Source: Ilumatobacteraceae bacterium (GTDB lineage Bacteria > Actinomycetota > Acidimicrobiia > Acidimicrobiales > Ilumatobacteraceae). Taken from it: a stretch of DNA of 64,000 nt. This document shows, piece after piece, positions 1 to 10,135 of this stretch (positions within the stretch are counted from its first letter, which is position 1; each line of letters begins with the position of its first letter). The stretch is from positions 3,568,865 to 3,632,864 of the forward strand of contig OZ257157.1 of assembly GCA_965279405.1 (NCBI GenBank). Reading direction: 5' to 3'. The translations under genes were made by a program, and so were the position numbers. The notes beneath the pieces are model-generated. The model was not told the DNA's origin and did not search any database. It saw nothing but the letters and a program-made list of their open reading frames with translations.

Positions 1-1
1 G

Positions 2-241
2 AAGGGCGTCAGCGTCCCGGCCAGCCGTCTCGGCAAGTACAAGACGCTGACCCAGCAGCTGTCGGTCGGCTTCGCCATCGCTCCGATCACGTCCGCCGAC
101 GCGACGTGGCTGTGGAAGTGGTTGCTGTGGGCCGCGGTCGTGCTCGCGCTCGTGAGCGGCGCGCAGTACCTGTGGAAGTCGCGAGCCAGCCAACGAGTGC
201 CGCAGGATGCCGAACAGGTGCTGGATGGTCATGCGCTGTGA
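2..241 (+). CDS. pgsA: CDP-alcohol phosphatidyltransferase (PgsA-like), C-terminal fragment; 5' end lies outside the window
   Basis: Frame 2 is open from the window edge. It reads KGVSVPASRLGKYKTLTQQLSVGFAIAP...WKWLLWAAVVLALVSGAQYLWKS, which has the GKxKT motif and a hydrophobic C-terminus. TGA 239-241 overlaps the cinA ATG at 231. pgsA-cinA adjacency is common in actinobacteria. The fragment is absent from the ORF track because it has no start. Confidence 0.5.
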   Translation, partial: KGVSVPASRLGKYKTLTQQLSVGFAIAPITSADATWLWKWLLWAAVVLALVSGAQYLWKSRASQRVPQDAEQVLDGHAL

Positions 242-1478
242 CGTCGTGGCGATCGGCACCGAGCTCCTGCTCGGGCAGATCACCGACACGAACAGCGCCT
301 GGATCGGCGAGCAGCTCGCGGCGGTGGGCATCGACTCGCTGCTGCAGCTCAAGGTCGGCGACAACCTCGGGCGGATGGAGTCCGTGCTGCGCAGCACCTT
401 GGCCGACGCGGACGCGGTGATCGTCTGTGGCGGTCTCGGCCCGACGCACGACGACGTGACGCGCGAGGCGATTGCCGCAGTGATGGGCGCCACGCTGGTG
501 CACGACGACGCGGTGGCCGAGGTGATCCGCGGGCTGTTCGCTACCCGAGGCCGCACGATGGCGGCCAACAACCTCCGTCAGGCACAGGTGCCCGAGGGCG
601 CGACCATCATCCCGCAGACGCGTGGCACGGCACCCGGGTTGATCTGCCCGGTCCTCGTCGACGGTGTCGAGAAGGTCGTGTACGCGGTGCCGGGCGTGCC
701 GCACGAGATGAAGGAGATGGTCGAGCGAGCGGTGCTGCCCGACATGCTTCGCCGCGCCGGTGACGCCGGTGCGATCGTCAGCCGCGTCTTGCGCACGTGG
801 GGCGAGAGCGAGAGCGGGCTCAACGAACGGCTCGACGGTGTCATCGCCCAGCTCGATGCGGTGGGCAACCCGACGCTGGCGTTCCTCGCCAGTGGGTGGG
901 AGGGCATCAAGGTGCGCCTCACGGCAAAGGGCGCGACGACGGCCGACGCTGCCGCGCTGCTCGACCACTGGGACGCCGAGGTCCGCGCGGTGGTCGGCTC
1001 GCAGGTGTTCGCGGTCGACGACGAGACGATGGAGTCCGTCGTGCTGCAACTGCTGCGCGAGCGTGGTCTGTCGCTGGGCCTGGCCGAGTCGGTCACCGGT
1101 GGCCTCGTGTCGGGTCGGCTGACGGCGATCCCGGGAGCCAGCGACGTGCTGCGCGGCTCGATCGTCAGCTACGCCAGTGAGGTCAAGTTCGATCTGCTCG
1201 GCGTGGATCGCGGTCCCGTGGTGAACGAGCGCACTGCCGGTCAGATGGCGGCCGGCGCATGCCGCGTCCTCGGCAGCGATGTCGGGCTGGCGCTCACCGG
1301 CGTCGCCGGACCGAGCGAGCAGGACGGCATGCCGGTCGGCACGCTCTGCGTCGGCATCGCCATCGGCGGCACCGTGACGACGTCGACGCTGCGCCTGCCG
1401 GGTCAGCGCGAGCAGATGCGCCAGATCAGCGTGATCAGCTCGCTCGACCTCCTGCGCCGCGCGCTCATCGCCAGCTAG
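231..1478 (+). CDS. cinA: CinA family protein (MoCF-like N-domain plus nicotinamide-nucleotide amidase-like C-domain)
   Basis: ORF 207..1478. The N-terminus reads MRCDVVAIGTELLLGQITDTNSAWIGEQL. The C-terminal part has LAESVTGGLVSGRLTAIPGASDVLRGSIVSYA. The start is placed at ATG 231 (M9), which overlaps the upstream stop. Confidence 0.85.
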   Translation: MRCDVVAIGTELLLGQITDTNSAWIGEQLAAVGIDSLLQLKVGDNLGRMESVLRSTLADADAVIVCGGLGPTHDDVTREAIAAVMGATLVHDDAVAEVIRGLFATRGRTMAANNLRQAQVPEGATIIPQTRGTAPGLICPVLVDGVEKVVYAVPGVPHEMKEMVERAVLPDMLRRAGDAGAIVSRVLRTWGESESGLNERLDGVIAQLDAVGNPTLAFLASGWEGIKVRLTAKGATTADAAALLDHWDAEVRAVVGSQVFAVDDETMESVVLQLLRERGLSLGLAESVTGGLVSGRLTAIPGASDVLRGSIVSYASEVKFDLLGVDRGPVVNERTAGQMAAGACRVLGSDVGLALTGVAGPSEQDGMPVGTLCVGIAIGGTVTTSTLRLPGQREQMRQISVISSLDLLRRALIAS

Positions 1479-1489
1479 CGTCGAACCCC

Positions 1490-2479
1490 GTGCGCGTCTC
1501 CCTTGCCGATCTCCTGTCCACCGGGCGCGTGCTGCTCGCGGACGGCGCCACCGGCACGAACTACTTCGCCATGGGCCTCGAGGCCGGTGAACCGCCCGAG
1601 TTCTGGAACGTCGACTCGCCGGAGAAGGTGCAGTCGCTGCACCAGCGATTCGTCGACGCGGGCGCCGACATCGTGCTCACCAACACGTTCGGTGGCAACC
1701 GCCACCGGTTGAAGCTGCACAAGGCCGAGAGCCGCGTGCACGAGCTCAACCGGCGCGCCGCCGAGCTCGCCGGCGAAGTCGCTGCCGGTGCGTCCCGCCC
1801 GGTCGTCGTCGCCGGCTCGGTCGGCCCGACGGGCGAGCTGTTCGAGCCGCTCGGCGCGCTCACCCACGAGGCCGCCGTCGCGGCGTTCACCGAGCAGATC
1901 ACCGGGCTGCGCGACGGTGGCGCCGACGTCGCCTGGATCGAGACGATGTCCGCACCCGAGGAGGTGCGCGCTGCGGCGGAGGCGGCGATCGCCGTCGGCA
2001 TGCCGTACGTGGCGACGTGTTCGTTCGACACCGCCGGCCGCACGATGATGGGCGTCATGCCCTCCGCGTTGCCGGGCGTGTTCGACGGACTCGCCGTGGC
2101 GCCGCTGGCGATGGGTGCCAACTGCGGGGTCGGCGCGCCCGACATCCTCGTCACCGTCCTGTCGCTCACCGAGTCCACCGACGCGGCCGTCGTGTCCAAG
2201 GGCAACTGCGGCATCCCGCAGTTCCAGGGCGCGGAGATCGTCTACTCCGGCACGCCGGCGCTGATGGCCGACTACGCCTCGCTCGCCGCAAACGCGGGCG
2301 CGCGCATCGTCGGCGGCTGCTGCGGCACGTCGCCCGATCACCTCGCGGCGATGCGCGTCGCGCTGGACACCGTCCCCCGCGGTGAGCGGCCGACGGTGGA
2401 TGAGATCGTTGCCACGGTCGGCCCGTTGACCAACTCGGCGCCCACCGCAGACGCCCCCCGCAGAGCACGTCGCCGTTAG
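1490..2479 (+). CDS. Homocysteine S-methyltransferase family protein
   Basis: ORF 1259..2479. The first 77 aa are an Arg-rich shadow overlapping cinA. GTG 1490 gives VRVSLADLLSTGRVLLADGATGTNYF. The protein has TNTFGGN and the C-terminal zinc-ligand motif IVGGCCGTSPDHL. Confidence 0.85.
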   Translation: MRVSLADLLSTGRVLLADGATGTNYFAMGLEAGEPPEFWNVDSPEKVQSLHQRFVDAGADIVLTNTFGGNRHRLKLHKAESRVHELNRRAAELAGEVAAGASRPVVVAGSVGPTGELFEPLGALTHEAAVAAFTEQITGLRDGGADVAWIETMSAPEEVRAAAEAAIAVGMPYVATCSFDTAGRTMMGVMPSALPGVFDGLAVAPLAMGANCGVGAPDILVTVLSLTESTDAAVVSKGNCGIPQFQGAEIVYSGTPALMADYASLAANAGARIVGGCCGTSPDHLAAMRVALDTVPRGERPTVDEIVATVGPLTNSAPTADAPRRARRR

Positions 2480-2496
2480 GCTCGCGGGCGCTGCTC

Positions 2497-2570
2497 GCCT
2501 CCGTAGCTCAATGGATCAGAGCAACCGGTTTCTACCCGGTTGGTTGGGGGTTCGAGTCCCTCCGGAGGCA
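2497..2570 (+). tRNA. tRNA-Arg (anticodon TCT)
   Basis: A 74-nt cloverleaf read by eye. Acceptor stem GCCTCCG/CGGAGGC. D arm GCTC-AATGGATCA-GAGC. Anticodon stem ACCGG/CCGGT with loop TT-TCT-AC. T arm GGGGG-TTCGAGT-CCCTC. Discriminator A. No CCA is encoded. Confidence 0.93.
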
Positions 2571-2571
2571 C

Positions 2572-3279
2572 TCAGGCGTGGTCGTTCGCGTCGTCGGGTC
2601 CGGTGAGTCGGTAGCCGACACGCACTTCGGTGTGGATCACCGGGCGGCGCGGGCCGGTGCCGATCAGGGTGCGGATCCGGCTGACGGCGATGCGCAGCGA
2701 GTTCAGATCCGGGGCGTCGGGCTCGTGGCCCCACATCGCCTTGGCGAGGGTGCTGTACGTCACCACCTTGCCCTCCTGGCGCAGCAGCAGGGTGAGCAGC
2801 GCGAACTGGCGGGCCTGCATGTCGACCGGTCTGCCGTCGACCGTCACCTCGTGTGCGGGCACGTCGAGACGCAGGTCGCCACACTCGAAGCGATCGGCCC
2901 CGGCGATGGCCGCTGCGGTGGCTGCGTGGCGCAGCGAGACGCGGACGCGCGCGAGCAGCACGGGCATGCTGTAGGGCTTGACGACGTAGTCGTCCGCGCC
3001 GCGATCGAGCGCCTCGACCATGCGCTCTTCGACCGCGTCGCCGCTGACGACGATGATGGGGCAGTGCAGCCACACGCGCATGCGCGTGCACACGGTGAGC
3101 CCGTCCATGTCCGGCAGGCCGAGGTCGAGCAGGACGAGATCGGGCGTGAGGTGCTCCAGCGCGGCGAGTGCCTCGACGCCTGAGGGTGCCGTCACCACCG
3201 AGTAGCCGCGGGATTCGAGTGCGATCGACAACGTGCGTCGCTGTGCGGCTTCGTCCTCGACGAGCAGCAGGGTCGTCAT
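2572..3279 (-). CDS. OmpR/PhoB-family response regulator (KdpE-like)
   Basis: Receiver domain: MTTLLLVEDE...LLDLGLPDMDG...VKPYS. C-terminal winged helix: LRIAVSRIRTLIG...VRVGYRL. The stop lies 1 nt from the tRNA 3' end. Confidence 0.9.
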   Translation of the reverse strand: MTTLLLVEDEAAQRRTLSIALESRGYSVVTAPSGVEALAALEHLTPDLVLLDLGLPDMDGLTVCTRMRVWLHCPIIVVSGDAVEERMVEALDRGADDYVVKPYSMPVLLARVRVSLRHAATAAAIAGADRFECGDLRLDVPAHEVTVDGRPVDMQARQFALLTLLLRQEGKVVTYSTLAKAMWGHEPDAPDLNSLRIAVSRIRTLIGTGPRRPVIHTEVRVGYRLTGPDDANDHA

Positions 3280-3409
3280 CGGGCGCGGATGCTATCCGGC
3301 GAGTTCACGGGAGTGCGTTCGGTCAGAAACAGTGTGGAAACAAACACACGCCATTCTGCGGCAGTTCGTCGAGGCCCTCGATGACTGACGCATGGGAAAT
3401 GGAGCACTG

Positions 3410-4991
<1,582 letters not shown>

Positions 4992-5038
4992 CAGGGGCCG
5001 CGTCACCGCAGGTTCGCAGTGGCCCGTCGGGTCAACGA

Positions 5039-5074
5039 GGGAGCCGGTCGCGCTGTCGGGCGCGACCGGCTCCC
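5039..5074. terminator. Hairpin between convergent glnK and the winged-helix gene; likely a bidirectional terminator
   Basis: GGGAGCCGGTCGCGC (5039-5053), a 6-nt loop, then GCGCGACCGGCTCCC (5060-5074). This is a 15-bp perfect stem, followed by CTTGCGTTTC. Confidence 0.6.
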
Positions 5075-5101
5075 TTGCGTTTCAGGACAGGGCGTTCAGG
5101 A

Positions 5102-5620
5102 TCAGGCGTCGACGGCGAAGCCACTGGCGCGGACGGTGCGCACGCGCAGGTGCAACGGCAACAGCCGGCGTCGCAACCGGTAGACGACCGCTTCGACGGC
5201 TCGGTTGCTCGGCGGCTCGTCCTGCCACAGCAACGACTCCAGCTTCGTCCGGCTGACGACGCTGCCGGGCGCGGCGAACAGCGCGGTGGCGACGACCGCC
5301 TCGGCCGCCGTCAGCACGACCGCCGATTCGCCGCGGTGGGCGATGCGGTGCTCGTCGATCCACGGTCGTTGCTCGTCGAGTCGGGCGACGTTGCGAAGCA
5401 GGGTGCGCATCCGCGTCAGCACGTCGCGTTCGTCGGCGGGCATGCGAATCCAGTCCTCGTCCGGTCCGACCGACTCCGGCGGCGCCTCACCGGCGGAGAC
5501 GAGCAGCAGTCGTGGCACGCCGGCACGGGCCAGCCGCTCGCGCAGCTCGCGCTCGTCGGGCCATGTGACCAGCTCGACGCCGGTGCTCTCCACGGGTTCT
5601 GCGATGGCGACCTTGCGCAC
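5102..5620 (-). CDS. Winged-helix (OmpR C-terminal type) DNA-binding protein with a degenerate N-terminal pseudo-receiver
   Basis: This is the C-terminal 172 aa of ORF 5102..6820, starting at GTG 5620. LTAAEAVVATALFAAPGSVVSRTKLESLLWQDEPPSNRAVEAVVYRLRRRL resembles a trans_reg_C domain. I cannot find the canonical DD..D..K phospho-acceptor set in the N-terminal about 80 aa. Confidence 0.6.
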   Translation of the reverse strand: MRKVAIAEPVESTGVELVTWPDERELRERLARAGVPRLLLVSAGEAPPESVGPDEDWIRMPADERDVLTRMRTLLRNVARLDEQRPWIDEHRIAHRGESAVVLTAAEAVVATALFAAPGSVVSRTKLESLLWQDEPPSNRAVEAVVYRLRRRLLPLHLRVRTVRASGFAVDA

Positions 5621-5688
5621 ACGTCGATGGTATGTCCCACGACCGCTGGGAGCGTTTCGGGATTGTTTCGTCGACGTGAAGGGCCTGC

Positions 5689-6729
5689 TCAGCGCGCGGT
5701 GGTGAGCACCGTGAACGTCACCCGGCCGCCGCCGTCCGGTGACGTCGACGCGTTGATCGTGCCGCCGTGTGCCTCCACGATCGCTTTGCACACGGCCAGC
5801 CCGAGTCCCGACGAACCACTTGTCGAGTGGAACGCTTCGAACACGGTGTCGAGGTCGTCCACGGCAAACCCGTTGCCTCGGTCGCGCACGCTGACGGCGA
5901 CGAAGCCGGCGATGTGGAGCCGTGCTTCGACGGTCACGGTCGTGCCGACGGGTGCGGCTCGCTTTGCGTTCTCGATCAGGTTCGTCAGCACCTGGTCGAT
6001 CTGCACCGGATCGACTCGCACGTTGGGAAGGTCGGGTTCGATCCGGGCCACGACGTCCACCTCGCCGTTGTCCGGCAGGCGCTCGAAGCGCTGGACGCAC
6101 CGGTCGATCAGCGTGGAGATGGACTCGTCGTCGAGCTCCGGAGACAGCGACCCGGCTTGGATGCGGGTCAGGCTGAGGAGGTTGCCGACGATGCGGTCGA
6201 GTCGCTCGCTCTCGTCGACCACCACGCCCAGCAGGGCGTTGCGCGTCGGCGCGTCGTACGAACCCTGCTCGAGCAGGTCGGTGGACACCGAGCGGATCGT
6301 GCTCAGGGGGTTGCGCAGGTCGTGCGACACGCTGCGCAGCAGCTGCGCCCGTCGGTCGTCGATCAACGCGTCGGCACTGCCGCGGCTGCGGCGACCGCTG
6401 AGGATCGCGACCGCGAGTGCCACGGCGACGAACGTGATGAGCACGAACACGTCCTCGGTGAGACCGATGCGAACGTGGCCGATCGGTGGCAGGAACGCCA
6501 GCGCGTACGCCGCGGCCGCCAGGACGGCGACAGGCACGGCGACCACCACGCCGCCGAGGACGCTCGCGGCGACGATCGGCACGAGCAGCAGCAGTGCCGG
6601 GATCGTCACCGGAACGTGGCTGCCGATCGCGTAGAACACCGCGGTGACGAGGCCGGTGCCGCCAACGCCGAGGCCGATCGCCTCGAGCTGCCGGCGAGAG
6701 CGCGTGCGGGTCACCCGCACAGTCTGCAC
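5689..6729 (-). CDS. Sensor histidine kinase (resembles the KdpD C-terminal half, with a membrane DUF4118-like N-terminus)
   Basis: It has 3-4 N-terminal TM helices. H-box SVSHDLRNPLSTI. N-box VLTNLIENAKRA. G-boxes VRDRGNGF and GSSGLGLAVCKAIVEAHGG. Confidence 0.88.
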   Translation of the reverse strand: MQTVRVTRTRSRRQLEAIGLGVGGTGLVTAVFYAIGSHVPVTIPALLLLVPIVAASVLGGVVVAVPVAVLAAAAYALAFLPPIGHVRIGLTEDVFVLITFVAVALAVAILSGRRSRGSADALIDDRRAQLLRSVSHDLRNPLSTIRSVSTDLLEQGSYDAPTRNALLGVVVDESERLDRIVGNLLSLTRIQAGSLSPELDDESISTLIDRCVQRFERLPDNGEVDVVARIEPDLPNVRVDPVQIDQVLTNLIENAKRAAPVGTTVTVEARLHIAGFVAVSVRDRGNGFAVDDLDTVFEAFHSTSGSSGLGLAVCKAIVEAHGGTINASTSPDGGGRVTFTVLTTAR

Positions 6730-6764
6730 GACGCACGTCGGCCGGGCTCCTACAGTCGTCGGCC

Positions 6765-8144
6765 GTGACAGACGTGTTCGGGACCGACGCCGAGGAGATG
6801 CGTCGGGTGGGATACCGCATCGTCGATGCGGTGGTCGATCACGTCAGCGGCATCGATGCCATCCCCGCGCTCCGCGTCGGCGATCCCGACACGCTCGCCG
6901 ACCTCCTCGGCCGCGGCGAGCCACCGATCGCAGGATCGTCGATCGACGTGGCCATCGAGGTGGTCGTCCGTGAGGTGATGAGCACCATGCAGCACGGTGA
7001 CCATCCCCGCTACTTCGCGCGCGTGCCGGGTCCGTCATCGTTCACCGGGATCGCCGGCGACTGGTTGGCGACCGGCTTCAACGCCATCGCGTCGTCGTGG
7101 GGCGGGGGAGCGGGGCCGAGTGCCGTCGAGCTGGTCGTGCTCGACTGGCTGCGCCAGTGGATGGGCCTGCCGGACGGCACCGAAGGGATCATGCTCAGCG
7201 GCGGATCGATCGCCAACCTGACGGCGCTGTCCGTGGCTCGTGACGCGGTCGGACCCGGCGTCGTCTACTTCAGCGACCAGACGCACAGCTGCGTCCCGAA
7301 GGCGTTGCGCATGCTGCGCGTGCCCTCGGACCACCAGCACCTGATCGACACCGGGACGAAGCTGCGGTTGACGGCAGACGCACTCGTCGGCGCGATCGCC
7401 GCCGATCGTACCGCCGGACGAGTGCCATCGGTGGTGGTGGCAACCGCGGGGAGCACGAACACGGGCGCAGTCGACGAGCTGACCGCGATCGCTGAGATCG
7501 CCGCCGACGAGGGCATGTGGCTGCACGTCGATGGTGCCTACGGCGGCCCGACGCGGCTGACCGAGACCGGTGCCGCCGCGCTGGCCGGCATCGAGCTTGC
7601 GGACTCGTTGGTGATCGATCCGCACAAGTGGCTGTTCCAGCCCTACGACGTCGCCTGCCTCCTCGTCCGCCGGCCGGGCGCCTTGGCGAGCAGCTTCACG
7701 CTGAACCCGGAGTACCTCGCCGACGTGGTCGCCGACGAGGTCGGCGAGATCGACCTGCGCAATCGCGGGCCAGAGCTGACCCGTCGGGCCCGAGCGATCA
7801 AGCTGTGGCTGACGATCGTCACGCACGGCACCGACGCGATCGCGCACCTGGTGCAACGCGGGATCGACCTCGCCGAGCACGCTGAAGGTCTGCTCCGGGG
7901 TGATCCGAGCTGGATCGTCGTCACCGAAGCCGAGCTCGGCATCGTCACCTTCGTTCGGCGCGGCGTCGACGACGAGGGTCACGTGCGCGCTGCTCGGAGC
8001 GTCACCGACGGTGGGTTTGCTGCTGTGACCTGCACCAAGCTGAACGCGCGCCAGGTGCTGCGGCTGTGCACGATCAACCCGCGAACCACCGAATCGGACG
8101 TCGCCGCCACGCTCGCAGCTCTGGCTGCAGCATGTGACGTCTGA
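6765..8144 (+). CDS. Pyridoxal-dependent (group II, aromatic-amino-acid type) decarboxylase
   Basis: HPRYFARVPG, SGGSIANLTAL, LHVDGAYGG and the PLP-lysine motif SLVIDPHKWLFQPYDVACLLVR. Confidence 0.85.
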   Translation: MTDVFGTDAEEMRRVGYRIVDAVVDHVSGIDAIPALRVGDPDTLADLLGRGEPPIAGSSIDVAIEVVVREVMSTMQHGDHPRYFARVPGPSSFTGIAGDWLATGFNAIASSWGGGAGPSAVELVVLDWLRQWMGLPDGTEGIMLSGGSIANLTALSVARDAVGPGVVYFSDQTHSCVPKALRMLRVPSDHQHLIDTGTKLRLTADALVGAIAADRTAGRVPSVVVATAGSTNTGAVDELTAIAEIAADEGMWLHVDGAYGGPTRLTETGAAALAGIELADSLVIDPHKWLFQPYDVACLLVRRPGALASSFTLNPEYLADVVADEVGEIDLRNRGPELTRRARAIKLWLTIVTHGTDAIAHLVQRGIDLAEHAEGLLRGDPSWIVVTEAELGIVTFVRRGVDDEGHVRAARSVTDGGFAAVTCTKLNARQVLRLCTINPRTTESDVAATLAALAAACDV

Positions 8145-8204
8145 ACATCGTCAAGAACGTGTCAAGAGCCTTGTCGCGGGCATCAGGACTGCCGATACCG
8201 AGGC

Positions 8205-9428
8205 ATGCAATCGAGCACGTCCCGCTGGGGCAAGTTGGATCCGATGAGCGGCGACTGGCCGATGGTCTTCGTCGACCTGCTCGTCGTGGTCGGGCTGGCC
8301 GCCCTCGGCCGCTGGGCGGCGACGTTCGGGAGCTCCTCGGTCACCGGGTGGATCATCTTCATCGGCACCGTCGGCGCGCTGGTCATGGGCCTCGTTGCGT
8401 TGCCGCTGCGCATCCTGCTGATGCAGCAGCGCAGCGAGAGCAGCGCGACAACGGAAGCACTGCGCCTGCAGAACGAGCGACAGGACTTCGACGCCCGGCT
8501 CGGCCGCGCGCTGGAGATGACCGACAGCGAGACGGTTGCGTTGACCACGACGGCGCGGGCGCTGTCGATGTGTGGTGACGGCCTCAACGCCTCGATCCTG
8601 CTGGCGGACAACAGCGACGCCCACCTGCAGACCGTCGTGACCACGGCGGGGTGCGCTCCGGAGTCCCTCTGCGAGGTGGCGACGCCGCGCGGCTGTCCCG
8701 CGATCCGCAACGGCCACACCCTGGAGTTCCGGTCCGCCGATCAGCTCGACTGCTGTCCGCACCTGTTCGAGCGGGGCATCGCCGATCTGGCAGCCGTGTG
8801 TGTTCCGGTGAGCGTGGTCGGACGCGCCACCGGCGTGGTCCACGCGGTTCGCGCCGGCCAGCCGTTCGAGCCCGCCGAGCGCAGCCTGATCGAGACGGTC
8901 GCCCACCAGTCGGGCCAGCGCGTCGGCATGTTGCGCGCCACCGCCCAGGCGCAGTTGCAGGCGAGCACCGACCCGCTCACCGGCCTGTACAACCGGCGGA
9001 GCATGGAGAACTCGGTGCGCCAACTGGTGCACGAGCACACTCCGTTCACCGTCAGCATCTGCGACCTCGACCACTTCAAGCACCTGAACGACACCTTCGG
9101 GCACGACACCGGCGACCGGGCGTTGCGACTGTTCGCGCGCACGCTGCGCAACACGGTTCGGGCCAATGACCTCGTCTCCCGCCACGGCGGGGAGGAGTTC
9201 GTGGTCGTGCTGCCGTACGCCGATGTCGAGACGGCGAAGAGCATCCTCGACCGCGTCCGCTTGGAGCTGCTGGCCGCGCTGAGCGACGGGCGCACGCCCG
9301 CGTTCACCGTGTCCGCCGGGATCGCCGACTCGTCGGAGGCCGAGGACTACCAGACGCTCCTTGCACTGGCCGACGAGCGGTTGCTCGAAGCCAAGCGAGC
9401 TGGGCGAGACCGGGTGCTCACGGGCTGA
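8205..9428 (+). CDS. Membrane-anchored diguanylate cyclase (2 TM, Cys-rich GAF-like sensor, GGDEF domain)
   Basis: DPLTGLYNRRSM...ICDLDHFKHLNDTFGHDTGDRALR...SRHGGEEFVVVLP, with a GGEEF active site. The N-terminus has hydrophobic helices. Confidence 0.85.
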   Translation: MQSSTSRWGKLDPMSGDWPMVFVDLLVVVGLAALGRWAATFGSSSVTGWIIFIGTVGALVMGLVALPLRILLMQQRSESSATTEALRLQNERQDFDARLGRALEMTDSETVALTTTARALSMCGDGLNASILLADNSDAHLQTVVTTAGCAPESLCEVATPRGCPAIRNGHTLEFRSADQLDCCPHLFERGIADLAAVCVPVSVVGRATGVVHAVRAGQPFEPAERSLIETVAHQSGQRVGMLRATAQAQLQASTDPLTGLYNRRSMENSVRQLVHEHTPFTVSICDLDHFKHLNDTFGHDTGDRALRLFARTLRNTVRANDLVSRHGGEEFVVVLPYADVETAKSILDRVRLELLAALSDGRTPAFTVSAGIADSSEAEDYQTLLALADERLLEAKRAGRDRVLTG

Positions 9429-9564
9429 CGGCCCGCAGCCCTCCCAGCAGCCACCCCCAGCTGCCGCCCCCAGCTGTAGGGATTCGCGCTGTCAAGCCGT
9501 ACCCTTGAGACGCCGGATTCCCGCCGTGGTGCTCCCTCCGGAAGCGCCAATCCCGACAGATCTC

Positions 9565-10098
9565 ATGAGGTCCGCTTTGAAGTTCAAGAAGGGCGACACC
9601 GTCATCTACCCCCAGCACGGCGCATGCATCGTGCAGGGCACCAAGAAGATGGAAGCGTTTGGGTCCAGCCAGGAGTATCTCATCCTGCGCACCGTGATCA
9701 ACGAGATGACCCTGTCGGTTCCCACGTCGAAGGCCGACGAGGTCGGCGTTCGCCCGCCGGTGAACCCCGACGAGCTCGAGGACCTCGTGTCGGTGCTGTC
9801 CAAGCCCGACCCACGCGTTCCGTCCAACTGGAGCCGCCGGTTCAAGAACCACCAGGAGAAGCTCAAGAGCGGCGACGTGTACCAGGTGGCCGAGGTCGTT
9901 CGAAACCTGGCCGCGCGCAACCGCGACGCGTCGTTGTCGGCCGCCGAGCGCACCATGTACGACCGGGCCCGCATCAACCTGATCAGCGAGATCGCCCCGG
10001 CACTGAAGGTCAGCGCCGAGGAAGCCGAGAAGTACCTCGACGAGGCGCTCGCCCGTGGTGTGCTGAAACCGGCCAAGGAAGTCAAGAAGAAGGCCTGA
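9565..10098 (+). CDS. carD: CarD/CdnL family RNA-polymerase-binding transcription regulator
   Basis: ORF 9361..10098, with the start placed at ATG 9565. MRSALKFKKGDTVIYPQHGACIVQG...SNWSRRFKNHQEKLKSGDVYQVAEVVRNLA. Confidence 0.9.
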   Translation: MRSALKFKKGDTVIYPQHGACIVQGTKKMEAFGSSQEYLILRTVINEMTLSVPTSKADEVGVRPPVNPDELEDLVSVLSKPDPRVPSNWSRRFKNHQEKLKSGDVYQVAEVVRNLAARNRDASLSAAERTMYDRARINLISEIAPALKVSAEEAEKYLDEALARGVLKPAKEVKKKA

Positions 10099-10135
10099 CC
10101 GGCCGCTCAGTTCGGCAGGTCTACAGTCGGCGCCC

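Noticed and set aside
2497-2570. tRNA-Arg as an integration site for a genomic island or prophage.
   Set aside because: There is no integrase, no direct repeat of the tRNA 3' end that I could find nearby, and no compositional break. The flanking genes are ordinary housekeeping or regulatory genes.
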